Below are positions 1 through 13,932 of a stretch of 64,000 nt of DNA, piece by piece. The DNA lies in contig NC_043010.1 in NCBI RefSeq assembly GCF_006345805.1, positions 12,834,001 to 12,898,000 on the forward strand, written 5' to 3'. Under the pieces are notes generated by a model, which saw nothing but the letters and a program-made list of their open reading frames with translations, had not been told where the DNA came from and made no database searches. The DNA comes from Octopus sinensis (lineage: Eukaryota). Both the position numbers and the translations under genes were made by a program. Numbering within the stretch: the first letter of the stretch is position 1; each line of letters begins with the position of its first letter.

Positions 1-177
1 ATTCACATAGAAACACGTCTCCTGTTCGCTTTCCTACAAAAATACTTTTCACCTTTTTATTTCCAAGCAGACGGTAGCTAACAACGTGAGACTTTTATCG
101 CTGAAACTACTTTTTCCCTGTTTGTTCTTCTTCCTTCTGTTTCTAGGTTCTCCCAGCTTTTCCTCCTCTTCTTCTAC

Positions 178-257
178 TATCCGAAGAAATATTATATCCC
201 AAGAAGTATTATATCCGAAGAAGTATTATATCCGAAACGTATTATGCCCGAAACGTT
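178..257 (+). repeat. About 4.5 tandem copies of a 16-17 bp unit (TATCCGAAGAAGTATTA) ending in CCGAAACGTT; possible decayed Penelope-like end
   Basis: The unit is visible directly; the GAAACGTT end resembles the hammerhead-like motifs elsewhere in the window. Confidence 0.6.
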
Positions 258-552
258 GATTTTTCCCCGCTTCCCTCAAATGTTAAACTTATGATTTTTT
301 TTTGTATAATCGTGCTTTGATTTTTTTGTTCTTTGCTGCTCACAATTACATACATACGCACATATTAGAAGCTGCTTATTGTGATCACTGTGAAGAGAAC
401 CCATTTAGAGAACAATAGCCAGGTAATAATATAAGCAGAGGATTCAACTAGATATTTTTAGTAGGCTTAGGACCCACCAATTTTGATGATAGTAACCAAT
501 TGACAGCAACGTCCGTGATTACAGGAGGCAGCTCCACTGTTTACACTAACTC

Positions 553-641
<89 letters not shown>

Positions 642-742
642 CGGACGGACGGACGGACGGATGGACGGAGAGACAGACAGACAGATGGATGGATAGAGAG
701 ACAGATAGACAGATAGATAGAGAGATAGACAGACAGACAGAC

Positions 743-790
<48 letters not shown>

Positions 791-842
791 GGATGGATAG
801 AGAGACAGTTAGACAGATAGATAGAGAGATAGATAGATAGAG

Positions 843-925
<83 letters not shown>

Positions 926-935
926 TAGATAGATA
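553..935. repeat. (GATA)n/(GACA)n/(GGAC)n compound microsatellite
   Basis: Direct reading. Confidence 0.95.
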
Positions 936-1007
936 TGTTTATTAGCCACACAGGGCTGCACACAGACGGGACAGATTACAAAGTAGAGCTTTTCTTTTTG
1001 GGGAGAA
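936..1007 (-). mobile_element. About 70-bp 3'-terminal fragment of the Tx1-like LINE, with (GATA)n on both sides
   Basis: TGTTTATTAGCCACACAGGGCTGCACACAGACGGGACAGATTACAAAGTAGAGCTTTTCTTTTTGGGGAGA is near-identical to 51864-51930 and similar to 45514-45580. Confidence 0.85.
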
Positions 1008-1009
1008 AG

Positions 1010-1040
<31 letters not shown>

Positions 1041-1916
1041 AATTAAGAGAAAGAGAAGGAGAAAGTGACTTAATATTTGTTTTATGGCACATGCATATAC
1101 ACGTATATTTCAGCACATTGATATACATGTACAAATGCCTACGTATGTACATATACGTATAACACATCATTAAAAAGGAATGCAGAAATACGTGCGGTCA
1201 CACACACACGCACAAAGATATATATTAACGTCTTTATCAATTCTATGCCTCTCTGTCCAATGGCTTCAACGATGTTATTGATCAAAGGCTAGCTTACTTT
1301 TGGGGGTTATGTTTGTTATCGCAGAGCGATTCACTTTGCTAACGGAAGACAGATATTCCAGCGCCCAGTAATGTATACTCACACACGTCTGTGTGAAAAA
1401 GCAATCACGTACATACGTGTGTGTGTTCATGTATTTGTCGTTTTTCCTATTAAGCTTTTCGTCGGTGAAAATCATTTGATTTTGTAGATTCGGGGAAAAT
1501 GAACTTAGAAAGGAGAACCAATGAATTAGTTTTACTCCGTGACCGATACGAAAACCCATTCCATTTTCTCGTAATATTTGCTTTCCCGGCTGACACAAAA
1601 ATTCACAGCAGTTAACCAACTTTGAACTGGTTTCGTCGTTTGCAAAACTGCACCGAAACTTTTAGACAGGCAGGTCTTAAAATTCTAATTTCTGTCATAA
1701 CTAAGCATATGGTTTTCAATATTATTTATACCATGTTTATACCAGCTACAAGATTTTTATTGCCGGTTTTAAAAGACACAAGCAATGCTAGATTTACGTT
1801 TGAAAACAAATGCTCAAAGCAATATCAGTGAATGCTTCTGAGCAATTGACAAACATCCAGTGAGTGGAAAACGTGTCGGATTTTCGAATATCAAGATTCT
1901 TTACTATTACCTTGCT

Positions 1917-2245
1917 AGCGTAGGTGTATGGTTAGAAGTTTGTTTTCTAGCCACATGCATCTGGGTTCAGTCCCACTTCGTGGTACCTTGAGCAAGTGTC
2001 TTGAACTCTAGCTCCGGGTTGACCAAAGCCTTGTGAGTGAATTTGGTAGACGGAAACTGAAAGAAACCCATTGTGTGTATAAATATGTGTTTATAGATGT
2101 GTGTGTGTGTGCGGGTGTGTACTTGCGTGCGTATGTGTGTGCGTGTGTGAGTGTGTATTTGTGTGTGAGTGAGTGTGTGTATGTGTCTTTGTTTTAGTGC
2201 CCACCACCATCGCTTGACGACCGGTGCTCATTTGTTTACGACACC
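1917..2245 (+). mobile_element. Degenerate SINE type A (tRNA head plus CORE-like domain)
   Basis: GGTTCAGTCCCAC, CCTTGAGCAAGTGTCTT and GGTAGACGGAAACTGAAAGAA motifs are shared with intact copies. Confidence 0.7.
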
Positions 2246-2620
2246 CGAAACTTGACGTCGTATAGAGTAGTGTCGTATAAATAGTCTAGTGTCGTATCAA
2301 AAAGGTTAAGATAAACTTACTTGGAAATGGATATATATATATGTGTGTGTGTGTGTGTGTATTTACACACACACATATATATAAATACATGTATACATAT
2401 ACATATATAAAAATATTCATATATACATATATATATCCATATATATATATACATATATATACACATATATGTACATATATATATATACATATACACACAC
2501 ATATATATATACACATATATATAAACATATATACATATACAGATATATATATATATACACATATATACATATACAGATATATATATATATATACATATAT
2601 ACATATACAGATATATATAA

Positions 2621-2851
2621 GGCGGCGAGCTGGCAGAAACGTTAGCACGCCGGGTGAAATGCGTAGCCGTATTTCGTCTGCCGTTACGTTCTGAGTTCAA
2701 ATTCCGCCGAGGTCGACTTTGCCTTTCATCCTTTCGGGGTCGATAAATTAAGTACCAGTTACGCACTGGAGTCGATGTAATCGACTTAATCCCTTTGTCT
2801 GTCCTTGTATGTCCCCTCTGTGTTTAGCCCCTTGTGGGTAGTAAAGAAATA
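2621..2851 (+). mobile_element. SINE type B (tRNA head, Nin/Deu-like central motif)
   Basis: GGCGGCGAGCTGGCAGAA head, GAGTTCAAATTC B-box, GCCTTTCATCCTTTCGGGGTCGATAAATTAAGTACCAG; multiple copies in the window. Confidence 0.85.
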
Positions 2852-3003
2852 TATACAGATATATATATATATATATACATATACAGATATAAATCGTACG
2901 TGAATGAGAGGATTTGCATATACAGATATTATATATATATATATAATACACACATATATATATACACATATACATATACACATATATATATACATATGTA
3001 TAT

Positions 3004-3056
<53 letters not shown>

Positions 3057-4133
3057 TTGACCATGAGCAACCAATCCTCCGGATGCTATGTTCGACTTCC
3101 TGTACCTCTCCATACGGCAATTCAAAAGCCTGAAAGTCTCATGGAATCAAAGCAAGCTCTTTTTAAATAATCATATACAGAGAAAAGAGAATGAGGGGGA
3201 GAGAGAGAGAGGAGGCTGTATGTGTGTGTGTGTTAGTTGAAGGAGAAATATGAAGGAACATAACTAGGACTGGTACTCAATAATGGCCGTCAACTTTATA
3301 AGAACTTTACATTGCAAAGGAAGTAATGAAAAACAAAATCATCATTGCAATATTCATCTCAATATCAAAATTTATACTCCTTTTTCCATAACATACGATT
3401 ATTACAACAATAAAAATTAAAAAAAAGAAAGAAAACCTGTTTTGCATTGTATTTCATACGCAAGTTTTATGGCAAGAAAATTTAATCTTTATTTTTAAAA
3501 TAATCCTATAAAAAAAAGGTAATGCGTCTATCATTTAATATAGTTGAATGTAGTTGGTTATAAATAAACTAGCGGCCGAGAAAGTCCTCTCAACATCAAG
3601 ACTAGTTATTATTACTGTTAACAAACGGTTCGTACAAGTTTTCAATAATTTCACTTATAGTCAATGTATTTTCGAAGTTGATACTGATATTTTAACTCTA
3701 ACTTTTAAATTCTAAATTTCCTTTGACATTCATATATCCAATTAAATTTTTTTAGGTCGGGCTACGCTGAGCGAGTACACAGCCTTAAACCATCATATCT
3801 TCATCTGCAGTCTCTTAAGAATCATATGGGGGGGGAAAAAAGCCGACAAAGGTTATGGTCAGGCTCACCCCTCTTCAATTATCTACCAAAAGTCATTAAA
3901 ATTTCGACGTTTTATCCATAATATTGCTCAATCTGGCGGCGTCAACAGCGAAAGATTGCTGAGGTATAATTGAACATACAAGAAGGCGAAAGTCAGACAA
4001 GTACAAAAAAAGAAAAAAGAGAAGATCTCTTAATCGAACGGTGAACTGGCGAGTTATGAGGAGAATAAAATATGTTTGGGGTAAAAGGAGAGTAATGGCT
4101 GTAGCTCTGTCTGAAACTAGAGAGAATATATAT

Positions 4134-4549
4134 ACTCTTTTACTCTTTTCCTTGTTTCAGTCATTTGACTGCGGCCATGCTGGAGCACCGCCTTTAGTCG
4201 AGCAAATCGACCCCGGGACTTATTCTTTTTGTAAGCCTAGTACTTATTCTATCGGACTCTTTTGCCGAACCGCTAAGTGACGGGGACGTAAACACACCAG
4301 CATCGGTTGTCAAGCAATGCTAGGGGGACAAACGCAGACACACAAACATATATACACACACACATACATATATATATACATATATACGACAGGTTTCTTT
4401 CAGTTTCCGTCTACCAAATCCACTCACAAGGCATTGGTTGGCCCGGGGCTATAGCAGAAGACACTTGCCCAAGGTGCCACGCAGTGGGACTGAACCCAGA
4501 ACCATGTGGTTGGTTAGCAAGCTACTTACCACACAGCCACTCCTGCGCC
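4134..4549 (-). mobile_element. SINE type A (CORE-like, internal microsatellite, GTAAAAGA tail)
   Basis: Reverse complement of the GGCGCAGGAGTGGCTGTGTGG...ACTGAAACAAGTAAAAGAG consensus; more than 12 copies in the window. Confidence 0.9.
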
Positions 4550-4812
4550 TATATATATATAAAATTAAAAAAGGGTAGAAATTGATATTAATCCATTCAA
4601 ACCAGTGGCCTAGCATATTTAAAAAATACGAAGATTAAAAATTTTTTTTTTTACATACAAAATTTAGAGGATTGACCACTAAAAATGGACAGCCTGTATG
4701 CTAGATATAGACGTCAAAATCGCCATTTTCCACGGAGAATGTGTTCTCAAGAAAACAAATTCAGCAAAACCAAAGCGTAAATATAAGCTATACAAAGGAA
4801 TATATATATATA

Positions 4813-5200
4813 TCTTTATATATAAAAGTAAGGTTGTGTGCTGTCTGACTCCTACGATTTAGATTCCTAACTACTCTCACATTTTGCAGTGCAGTTTAAC
4901 CAAAACTGGGTATCGTGATTCATATCGAGCCCTTCTGGGTATTAGCACGCGCCTACGATGAGTCTACGATTTAAAAAAAAATTTACCATCAATTTTTCCC
5001 ATTTTTAATGAATTTTTGGCATATATAAGGGAAGTAACTCTCTAAAAATTTATTATTAAATCTCAGAACGTAAAAAGCTACAGTAACACCCCCCCTTTGT
5101 AGTTAGCCATATTGAGATGGCTATTATACTTTACATCTCTAAAAATGCTTATATAGTTATTTCCCTTACAAACCCGAGCAACGCCAGGCGATACTGCTAG
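4813..5200 (+). mobile_element. Non-autonomous Helitron
   Basis: 5' A|TCTTTATATATAAAA; 3' hairpin CCCGAGCAACGCCAGG followed by CTAG|T; no TSD. Confidence 0.85.
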
Positions 5201-5474
5201 TATATATACATAGTAGAAATATGTTATAAAAAGAAAATATAAAATACACGTGGTAATGTAAGGGCAGAATATGAAAAATCAACGAAAATGCATATTGCAG
5301 ATAAAAAAAGGCTATTTATAACAGGTAACGACAAATATATACATTTAGATTGACTGAGGTAGTTATACGAGTCATAAAAGTCATTATTATGAGATGATAA
5401 TAAAGTAAGAGAACAAAACGAACCATGGTTTACGCAAAGCTATTCATCGTTTGAAAAACACCGGCTACATATAT

Positions 5475-5528
<54 letters not shown>

Positions 5529-5973
5529 CATTATATACGACAACACAGGTATTTGTATTTACTGAAGGCTTTTCGGTTATTCGAAATTAAGACACGTGTG
5601 AAAATAACACTGATACTAGAGAATGTGGTCTTTGGGACAACGAAAAACATCTGTAGATAAAAAAATAAACGTAAGCAGACCATATGCATGAGATCAATTT
5701 AAAATCTTAGCCGGAAGCTGAAGAAAAAAAACTGACCAAAAGATGGATCATGACAAAAAATATGTATAGTTTTAGAAACAGGATGGTCACGTGGTACCTT
5801 TTTTCGGAGAGGAGAGAAAGAAAGGGTAATAGTGGGTAGCGAGAAAGAGAGAGAGAAAAGTGCCGTACGAAGAGAAGAAAATGTAGGAAAGAACGAAAAG
5901 GAAAATGGAGTTGGTAGAAAGTTAGAAATAAACAGATACAAAGGAACACGGAAAGAAAATGTGGAAAAGATTG

Positions 5974-6838
5974 GCAGTTCTTGTCCAGTGACCGGACATT
6001 GCTGACCCGTGGGTTTATGTCGAACACCTGCTGTCGCGTGTAGGACATATCTGACTATCAGCTGAATCCATGGTGAAGATTGCGCCGCCGCCCTCCTTTG
6101 GCCGGGAGAGGCAGGCGATTTTCATTTGTCTAGTGCAGTGCTTTTCAACCTTTTTGCTGGAGCGGAACCCCAGGGAAACATTCCACTGGCTCGAGGAACC
6201 CCTGTGCAATAATTTAATTGTCTTATACACACATATCTGCACGGGAGAATTAAAAATTACTGTCAATTTTAGCATTTTTGTAACTTCTTGCGGAACCCTT
6301 GGACTGTACTGGCGGAACCCTAAAGTTCCGTGGAACCCTGGTTGAAAACCACTGGTCTAGTGTCTGAAGCGATAGAGATAGTATGGTGGACACGTTTGAA
6401 AGGGCTAAATTCAGACACTTTCCTTTTTGGCCAAGCCATCATCTTCTTCACTTGAAGAAGAAAGTGAGAGGGGGGAGGGAAGTGTTGCCTTCTAGCAAGT
6501 TCTTCGAAAGGGGGATGAATGTTAGAAGAATGGCCATTGTGAAAGGACCAATTCTGAGCATATACCTATGAAAAATTAAAGGAGAAGGGCTCTTGCCCTG
6601 TTAATCAAGCACCCGTGGCTTTTATGAGTTTTCCCACGAGGAACCTTAAAGCGCTTCCCCCTACTGGGAGATTCATGTTGTTTAATTTTTATTGTCTTTA
6701 TAATGTTTACTCGATTTGAAAACCCATTGTATTGTTTCGCGCTGTCGTTTATGCTTGTGTCATGTAATTTTATATATCTTTATCTTAACCCTTGTGACCA
6801 AAAAGAATGAATTATTATTATTGATTATTATTATTATT
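5974..6838 (+). pseudogene. 5'-truncated, decayed Tx1-like LINE (ORF2 C-terminus, 3'UTR and (TTA)n tail), interrupted by a hAT MITE
   Basis: With the MITE removed it reads PWVYVEHLLSRVGHI*LSAESMVKIAPPPSFGRERQAIFICLVSEAIEIVWWTRLKGL...HLKKKVRGGREVLPSSKFFERGMNVRRMAIVKGPILSIYL*, collinear with the C-terminus of ORF 45920-47101. Confidence 0.85.
6136..6354 (+). mobile_element. hAT (Charlie-like) MITE
   Basis: CAGTGCTTTTCAAC...GTTGAAAACCACTG TIRs; 8-bp TSD GTCTAGTG at 6128-6135 and 6355-6362; second copy at 26443. Confidence 0.9.
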
Positions 6839-6934
6839 TGGCAATAATATCCATCTTATATAAGGAAAATTTGTATACTTTTTCTCACAAATCTCTTTTC
6901 CCATGACATCGATCAACATCAATGGAAATTGCAG

Positions 6935-7315
6935 CTGTGATACCAGTGCCGGTGGTACGTAAGAGAACCATCCGAATGTGGCCGTTGCCAGCGCCACCCA
7001 GACTGGCCTCGTGCCGGTGGCACGTAAAAAGCACCATCCGATCGTGCCCATTTGCCAGCCTCGCCTGGCCCCCGTAAAAAGCACCATCCGATCATGGCCG
7101 TTGCCAGCCTCGTCTGACACCTGTGCCGGTGGCACGTAAAAAGCACCCACTACACACACAGAGTGGTTGGCATTAGGAAGGGCATCCAGCCGTAGAAACA
7201 TTGCCAGATCAGACTGGGCCTGGTGCAGCCTTCTGGCTTCCCAGACCCCAGTTGAACCGTCCAACCCATGCTAGCATGGAAAGCGGACGCTAAACGATGA
7301 TGATGATGATGATGA
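6935..7315 (+). mobile_element. Retroposon type E with (GAT)n tail and internal tandem repeats of about 60-70 bp
   Basis: Recurring GTGCCGGTGGCACGTAAAAAGCACC-like units; 3' end GGCATTAGGAAGGGCATCCAGC...GGAAAGCGGACGCTAAACGATGATGATG is shared with 38203-38368. Confidence 0.75.
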
Positions 7316-7559
7316 ATTCCGGGAATTCCCAACTCATGAGATTATCTCCTCTTCACGCAAATGCTACTCGTTGTTCGTTTACCTTTCTCTCAAAATGAAG
7401 ATAATTTCAATAAAACAAAAAATTTATATCGTGCAATATGGTTCTTCTGGTTTTCTTGTCCTATTCTATGTCACTGCTCACTCCTGAAGTATTTCTCTTA
7501 GCTCATTTTTGTTTACACTTACACAGACACACGCAAACATATTTATTATGTGCATGCAT

Positions 7560-7758
7560 GAGCTGGCAGACACGTTAGCGCGCCGGGCGAAATGCTTAGC
7601 AAGTATTTCGTCTGTCGTTACATTCTGAGTTCAAATTTCGCCGAGGTCGATAAATAAAGTACCAGTTACGCACCGGGGTCGATGTAATCGACTTAATCCC
7701 TTTGTCTGTCCTTGTTTGTCCCCTCTGTGTTTAGCCCCTTGTGAGTAATAAAGAAATA
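7560..7758 (+). mobile_element. SINE type B with an internal deletion
   Basis: Similar to 2621-2851. Confidence 0.8.
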
Positions 7759-8149
7759 TATGTATATACATACATACGGACGGACACAGATAAAGGAGAC
7801 TGCAGGCATTACAACAAACGGTATTAATGTATTCAACGAACCTAAAGTCGAATATTATATATACGTATGTTTACACACACGCACATAAATATATTCGCAG
7901 TTCGATATAAAGTATAAAATGTGTGAAGTCTCATAATATTTATAGCCTTCATGTTTGGGTTTAATAACTTTGATATATGTAACCAATGTAGCAAGAGATA
8001 AAAAGCGTTTAAACCTTTTACTGTCAGATTATTAATTGGAATAGAGCAACGTGAACTTCCAGAATTATTAAAACTATATTGATAGCAGCTTTCGTATTAT
8101 ATTTTTAATTATTTGTTCGGTTAAAGTTATACGTAGCTTTATATAATAA

Positions 8150-8524
8150 CTAGCAGTATCGCCCGGCGTTGCTCAGGTTTGTAAGGGAAATAACTATAAA
8201 GCATTTTTAGAGAGTTATAGCCAAAAAATAGGAAAAAAATGATGGTAAATTTTTTTTTGAGATTTAAAAAAGGTAGAGTTGCGTCCCCTAGACAGTTTGT
8301 GGTTCGTGTTTCTGATTCTCGACCCCATGTCGAATTTATCGATATTTTTCAGAACTGGGGAAACATTTCAAAATTTTCGCTGCGTTAGTTTTGAATTATG
8401 ACATTGGGCTATGTGTGTGTCAAGTTTCATCAGAATCGGTTGAAAGCCGTGGTCAGGGTGAGGGTACAAGCAAACAGACACACAGAAACACGCACAGACA
8501 AACTGCCGTTTATATAGAGAGAGA
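8150..8524 (-). mobile_element. Non-autonomous Helitron, second body type
   Basis: Same 3' hairpin and CTAG as 4813-5200 but a different interior; 5' TCTCTCTCTATATAAAC. Confidence 0.75.
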
Positions 8525-8859
8525 TACGAAATCTAAGTGGTGATTCAGAAACTGGGTTCAAACTCGCCAGCTATCAATTATTGATGGCTTTTCCATTGTA
8601 AGAAAGACTTTCATATCTTCAATCGATCAACATCGATTCGAAGTACAACGAATGCAAATTAGTTTTAGTTTTGTGGTAGCTTTGTAAAACCATAGTGATA
8701 ATACAAAATTGTTGAGGAAAATAACAATACAATTTTAAAAGAAATTTCATCACTAATTCCGTTTGCTTCCATTAAAAATGGCGGTTTGAATTGTTAAAAC
8801 TTAAACTTGATCTTTGAAGATATATTATGTTCGTAAAAGCTACACATAAAAGCTACACA

Positions 8860-9022
8860 GGCGCAGGAGTGGCTGTGTGGTAAGTAGCTTGCTAACCAGC
8901 CACATGGTTCCGGGTTCAGTCCCACTGCGTGGCATCTTGGGCAAGTGTCTCCTGCTATAGCCCCGGGCCGACCAAATGCCTTGTGAGTGGATTTGGTAGA
9001 CGGAAACTGAAAGAAGCCTGTC

Positions 9023-9088
<66 letters not shown>

Positions 9089-9307
9089 AGTGTGTGTGTT
9101 TGTGTGTCTGTGTTTGTCCCCCTAGCATTGCTTGACAACCGATGCTGGTGTGATTACGTCCCCGTCACTTAGCGGTTTGGCAAAAGAGACCGATAGAATA
9201 AGTAATGGGCTTACAAAAAGAATAAGTCCCGGGGTCGATTTGCTCGACTAAAAGGCGGTGCTCCAGCATGGCCGCAGTCAAATGACTGAAACAGAGTAAA
9301 ACAGAGT
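8860..9307 (+). mobile_element. SINE type A
   Basis: A-box TGGCTGTGTGGT, B-box GGTTCAGTCCC, CORE-like CTTGGGCAAGTGTC, internal (TA)n. Confidence 0.9.
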
Positions 9308-9994
9308 ATATATATTCGAGCAAAACGCACGGATATTTTCATGCGTACACACATCAGAACATATATATATAAGCGCTCTCTTCGATACTGAAAACCCCCC
9401 ATCTTCTTAATTCGGTATATGCACGTAAAAGTTCAATATGTATATTTTATAGATCACTGAAGGTTTTTACGATACATGCATACAGAGAGAGAGAAGTATA
9501 GACAAGGCATTGGCAGTGACTGACAATGCTGCTTAAATATGCAAGCAGCTACACACATTTAGATATATATGTATGAGAATGCAGATATATGCAAATCAGA
9601 TCATCTACCTTTTTATCTTTAAAGATTTGCTATTCAAGAAAATATTTTATTGCTTTCCCTTTTCTTTTGCTAAAACATATATGTAAATATTAAAAATTCT
9701 TCAACATTTTTTTTTTATTATTATTATTATTATTACTTCTTTCCTTCTCTTCTTTCTTCTTTGTCCCGTTTTCCTTTCCTCTATTGTCTTCCCCGTTTAG
9801 TTTTATATTCTATTCATCTTCTCTCTGTTACCATTTCTCTCTCATTCCTTCTCTCTCTCTCTTTCTCTCCTGTACTCTCTCTCTTTCTATCTTTCTCACA
9901 CACACACATACACACTCACTATTTGTCTCTATCTTTATCTTTTTCCCCTTTCCTTCAGATTTAACTTTATTCCTTTTTCCTATGCATCATCCTA

Positions 9995-10015
9995 CATTGC
10001 TTTATATATATATAC

Positions 10016-10048
<33 letters not shown>

Positions 10049-10355
10049 CATATATATAACATATATATATACATATACACACATATATATATACATATAT
10101 ATATAGATACATCTATATATATATACATATATACATATGTATATACATATATACATATATATATATATATACATATATATATACATACATCTATATATAT
10201 ATACATATATACATATATATATATATATGTATGTATATATACATACATATACATATATATATACATACATATATATATATATACACACATATATATATAC
10301 ATACATATATATATACATACATATATATACATATATTATTTTACATACATACACA

Positions 10356-10396
<41 letters not shown>

Positions 10397-10560
10397 ATAT
10401 ACATATATACATATACATATACATACATATACATATACACATATATATATATATACATATACACCCACACACATATAATATACATGTATGTATGTATATA
10501 TATATATATATATATATATACTAACTCGTATATATATATGTGTGTGTGTGTGTGTACACT
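9995..10560. repeat. Long (TA)n/(TACA)n microsatellite field
   Basis: Direct reading; it accounts for the spurious YI-rich ORFs. Confidence 0.95.
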
Positions 10561-11167
10561 TACACACACACACGCACATTATTCCCTTTCATTGTCATTT
10601 CCTTTCCTTTGCTCATATCATATGCATGCAACTTTTATCTTTTTTTATTCTTTCTCCTTACTATCCCCGATTTTTTAACATTTCTTTTTACCCGCCAACA
10701 CTTATACCACTTTGATTTTTCACCCTTTTGTGAGGAATAAATGAGTTGAAATCTCGGCCTGGTGACGTTGTCTTGGATACATTCTATCAGTAGAAATGGA
10801 GGATTTCAGTTTCTTATCTCAGAAACTGTATCACTTAAGTTTAATGACTAAACTAATGCATAAAACGCTAGCCATTCGCTCAGTTACATTGATTAAGAGC
10901 AGGAGAGAGAGATGCTGGAGGTGAGTGCACCATCTCAATCCTGAATATACTAAACAGCTTCCACAAAATTCTAGTCATTGCTTCTTTGCTGCTTTAATAA
11001 ACCTCCATCCATATCAGCTGAAATATAAAGCCAGGGAAACCACTGTCTCTCTCTTTTTTGTGGTTTTGCTTCTTGTCTTTTGCTGTTTCTTTCCCCGATT
11101 TTACTCTATCATCACAGACGATTTGATATGCATATTCACACACACACACACACACATACACATATAT

Positions 11168-11383
11168 ACTCTTTACTCTTTACTCTTTTACTTGTTTCAG
11201 TCATTTGACTGCAGCCATGCTGGAGCACCGCCTTTAGTCAAGCAAATCGACCCCGGGACTTATTCTTTGTAAGCCCAGTATTTATTCTATCAGTCTCTTT
11301 TGCCGAACCGCTAAGTAACGGGGACATAAACAAACCAGCATCTTTTGTCAAGCAATGCTAGAGGGACAAACTCAGACACACAA

Positions 11384-11439
<56 letters not shown>

Positions 11440-11605
11440 TTACGACAGGCTTCTTTTAGTTTCCGTCTACCAAATCCACTCACAAGGCATTGGTCGAACC
11501 GGGGCTATAGCAGAAGACACTTGCCCAAGATGCCACGCAGTGGGACTGAACCCGGAACCATGTGGTTGGTTAGCAAGCTACTTACCACAAAGCCACTCCT
11601 ACGCC
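11168..11605 (-). mobile_element. SINE type A
   Basis: Matches the type A consensus. Confidence 0.9.
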
Positions 11606-11698
11606 TATATAGTTATAAAATCTCAAGAAAAGATACAGTACTAACGTATACTCTACTGTATACTCATATTTCGAATACGGCACATACACGAATATATA

Positions 11699-11929
11699 TA
11701 TTTCTTTACTACCCACAAGGGGCTAAACACAGAGAGGACAAATAAGGACAGACAAACGGATTAAGTCGATTATATCGACCCCGGTGCATCACTGGTACTT
11801 AATTTATCGACCCCGAAAGGATGAAAGGCAAAGTCGACCTCGGCAGAATTTGAACTCAGAACGCAGCGGCGGACGAAATACCCCAAAACATTTCGCCCGG
11901 CGTGCTAACGTTTCTGCCAGCTCGCCGCC
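11699..11929 (-). mobile_element. SINE type B
   Basis: Matches the type B consensus. Confidence 0.85.
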
Positions 11930-12281
11930 CTTATATATACACGAATATATATACACATACATATATACATGCATGCATGCACACACACACTTATATCATA
12001 CACACACACTTATATCATACACACACAGAATTATGTATGTATATATGTTGGTGCATAATTACTGTGGCTTTTGTTTTTTCAACAAATTTTATTCACCAAA
12101 AACAATGCCATTTAACAAAAACATCTTTAAATGATTATTCCGGAGCATAATCACCAGCTACTTCAATTTCTGCTTGGCGTTTTGCTTAAATTTTTTGCTG
12201 AATAAAATTTTTTGAAAAAAAGCCCCCAAAAAACCGCAATAATTATGCACCAAACTTATATATATATATATATATATATAT

Positions 12282-12428
12282 AATACAAAATGGGACAAGA
12301 ACGCAAAGCATCCGGACAGTTAGGTGATATAAAAATGGGACAACAAAACATCCAGATAGACGATACAAAGAAAACAAGGACAGGTCATTCGAAGTTTTCT
12401 TTCCTCAGTTAAGTACCAGATTATCTTC

Positions 12429-12431
<3 letters not shown>
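12282..12431. mobile_element. Unclassified repeat embedded in (TA)n
   Basis: AATACAAAATGGGACAAGAAC...GGTCATTCGAAGTTTTCTTTCCTCAG recurs at about 41495-41602, also next to (TA)n. Confidence 0.65.
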
Positions 12432-12469
<38 letters not shown>

Positions 12470-12907
12470 CTCATGGCTCACTGTCAAGCCAATCGCACGA
12501 AAGCTTTTGATATGATAAAATAATCCTTTTAATTTACATATAATAATCACAAATTTTATATATTGCTTATTTACATGTGTATTGGACATTTCATCTTCGA
12601 ATTCGGTCGTATTTGTCACGAGGTGTTTTTTTTAAACTTTTCTCTCGAGTAGAAGATGATTTTAATAAATCAAGAATTTGTATTTTTATGGCATTTATAT
12701 ACCATTATTCGTCCTTGTTTTCTAGCTTAGAGCCACTGGTCATTCTGAATTATTTGCTTTAGCTGTCCCTTTTTTATCATTTATATATACGTACTTACAC
12801 GCATACACATGCACGCACACATATACATACATACATATATACATGCGTGTAGAGGTAGTCTGTTCCTATTCTTTTACAGTGCACAAGCGCGTGGTCATAC
12901 ATGCATA

Positions 12908-13216
12908 TCTTTATATATAAAACTGAAGTTGTGTGTGTGAGAGTCTGTCTCCTCCGATTTAGATTCCTAACTACTCCCACATTTTGCAGTGCAGTTTAAC
13001 CAAAAGCGGGTATCTTATAGTCGTGATTTATATCGAGCCCTTCTGGGTATTAGCGCGCGTCTACGATGAGTCTACGATTTAAAAAAAAAATTACCATCAT
13101 TTTTTCGTTTTTTTAATGCATTTTTTGCTCGGTTTATATAAGGGAAGTAACTCTCTAAAAATGCTTATATAGTTATTTCCCTTACAAACCCGAGCAACGC
13201 CGGGCGATACTGCTAG
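12908..13216 (+). mobile_element. Non-autonomous Helitron
   Basis: A|TC...CCCGAGCAACGCCGGG...CTAG|T. Confidence 0.85.
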
Positions 13217-13645
13217 TCCATATATACATACATTATACATTTATACGTGTTTATGCGTGCACACACACACACATACACACACATTTTATTTCTGCTGATC
13301 CAGTTCATTCTTAGGATGGACGTTTCTCGATATCTTACTGGTTCGTTGGACAGAAAACAGTAGATGAAGAAAAGAAAACCAGATCACTACCCGTAATACA
13401 TGTGACCGAAAATATAAGGTTGCCCGACCTATATAACGTCGATAGACGGCATGTATGATAGGCTGGCAATGTACTAAGCATCTCGATACATACTAGCTTT
13501 AACCCTAAGTCAGCAAGAGAAAAAAATGTCTAAGAAGAGATGGAACGTTGCGTGGGTCATATTTCATTGTGATAATGTCAATTAAACTCACTTCATTGAG
13601 CTATTCTATCTAACGAATCAGATGAACGTCGAGGATACTCTTAAG

Positions 13646-13932
13646 CAGTGGTTTTCAACAATTGTTTTGTTCATGGACCCCTTTGGTTACTAATATATTC
13701 AGGTGGACTCCCATGATCATTCGATGTTTTAAAACTAATTTCATTGATACTTCTTTCAAAACTCTTATTTTATTTTACACACATTAACTCGTATAGGTTG
13801 AACTATGTAAAACGTTCGAAAAAGAAATCTGTTTCTTACTGTAAATACATGTAAAGCAAGATTTTTTTCATAGACCCTTAAAATACTTCTGTGGGTCCCC
13901 GATTTACTATGGACCCCGGTTGAGAAGCCCTG
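13646..13932. mobile_element. Old hAT-like MITE
   Basis: CAGTGGTTTTCAAC...GTTGAGAAGCCCTG imperfect TIRs; no clean TSD. Confidence 0.55.

Noticed and set aside
12385-12420. Minus-strand CTGAGGA...CTTCGAATGAC as a hammerhead
   Set aside because: It lacks the GAAA and NUH geometry.
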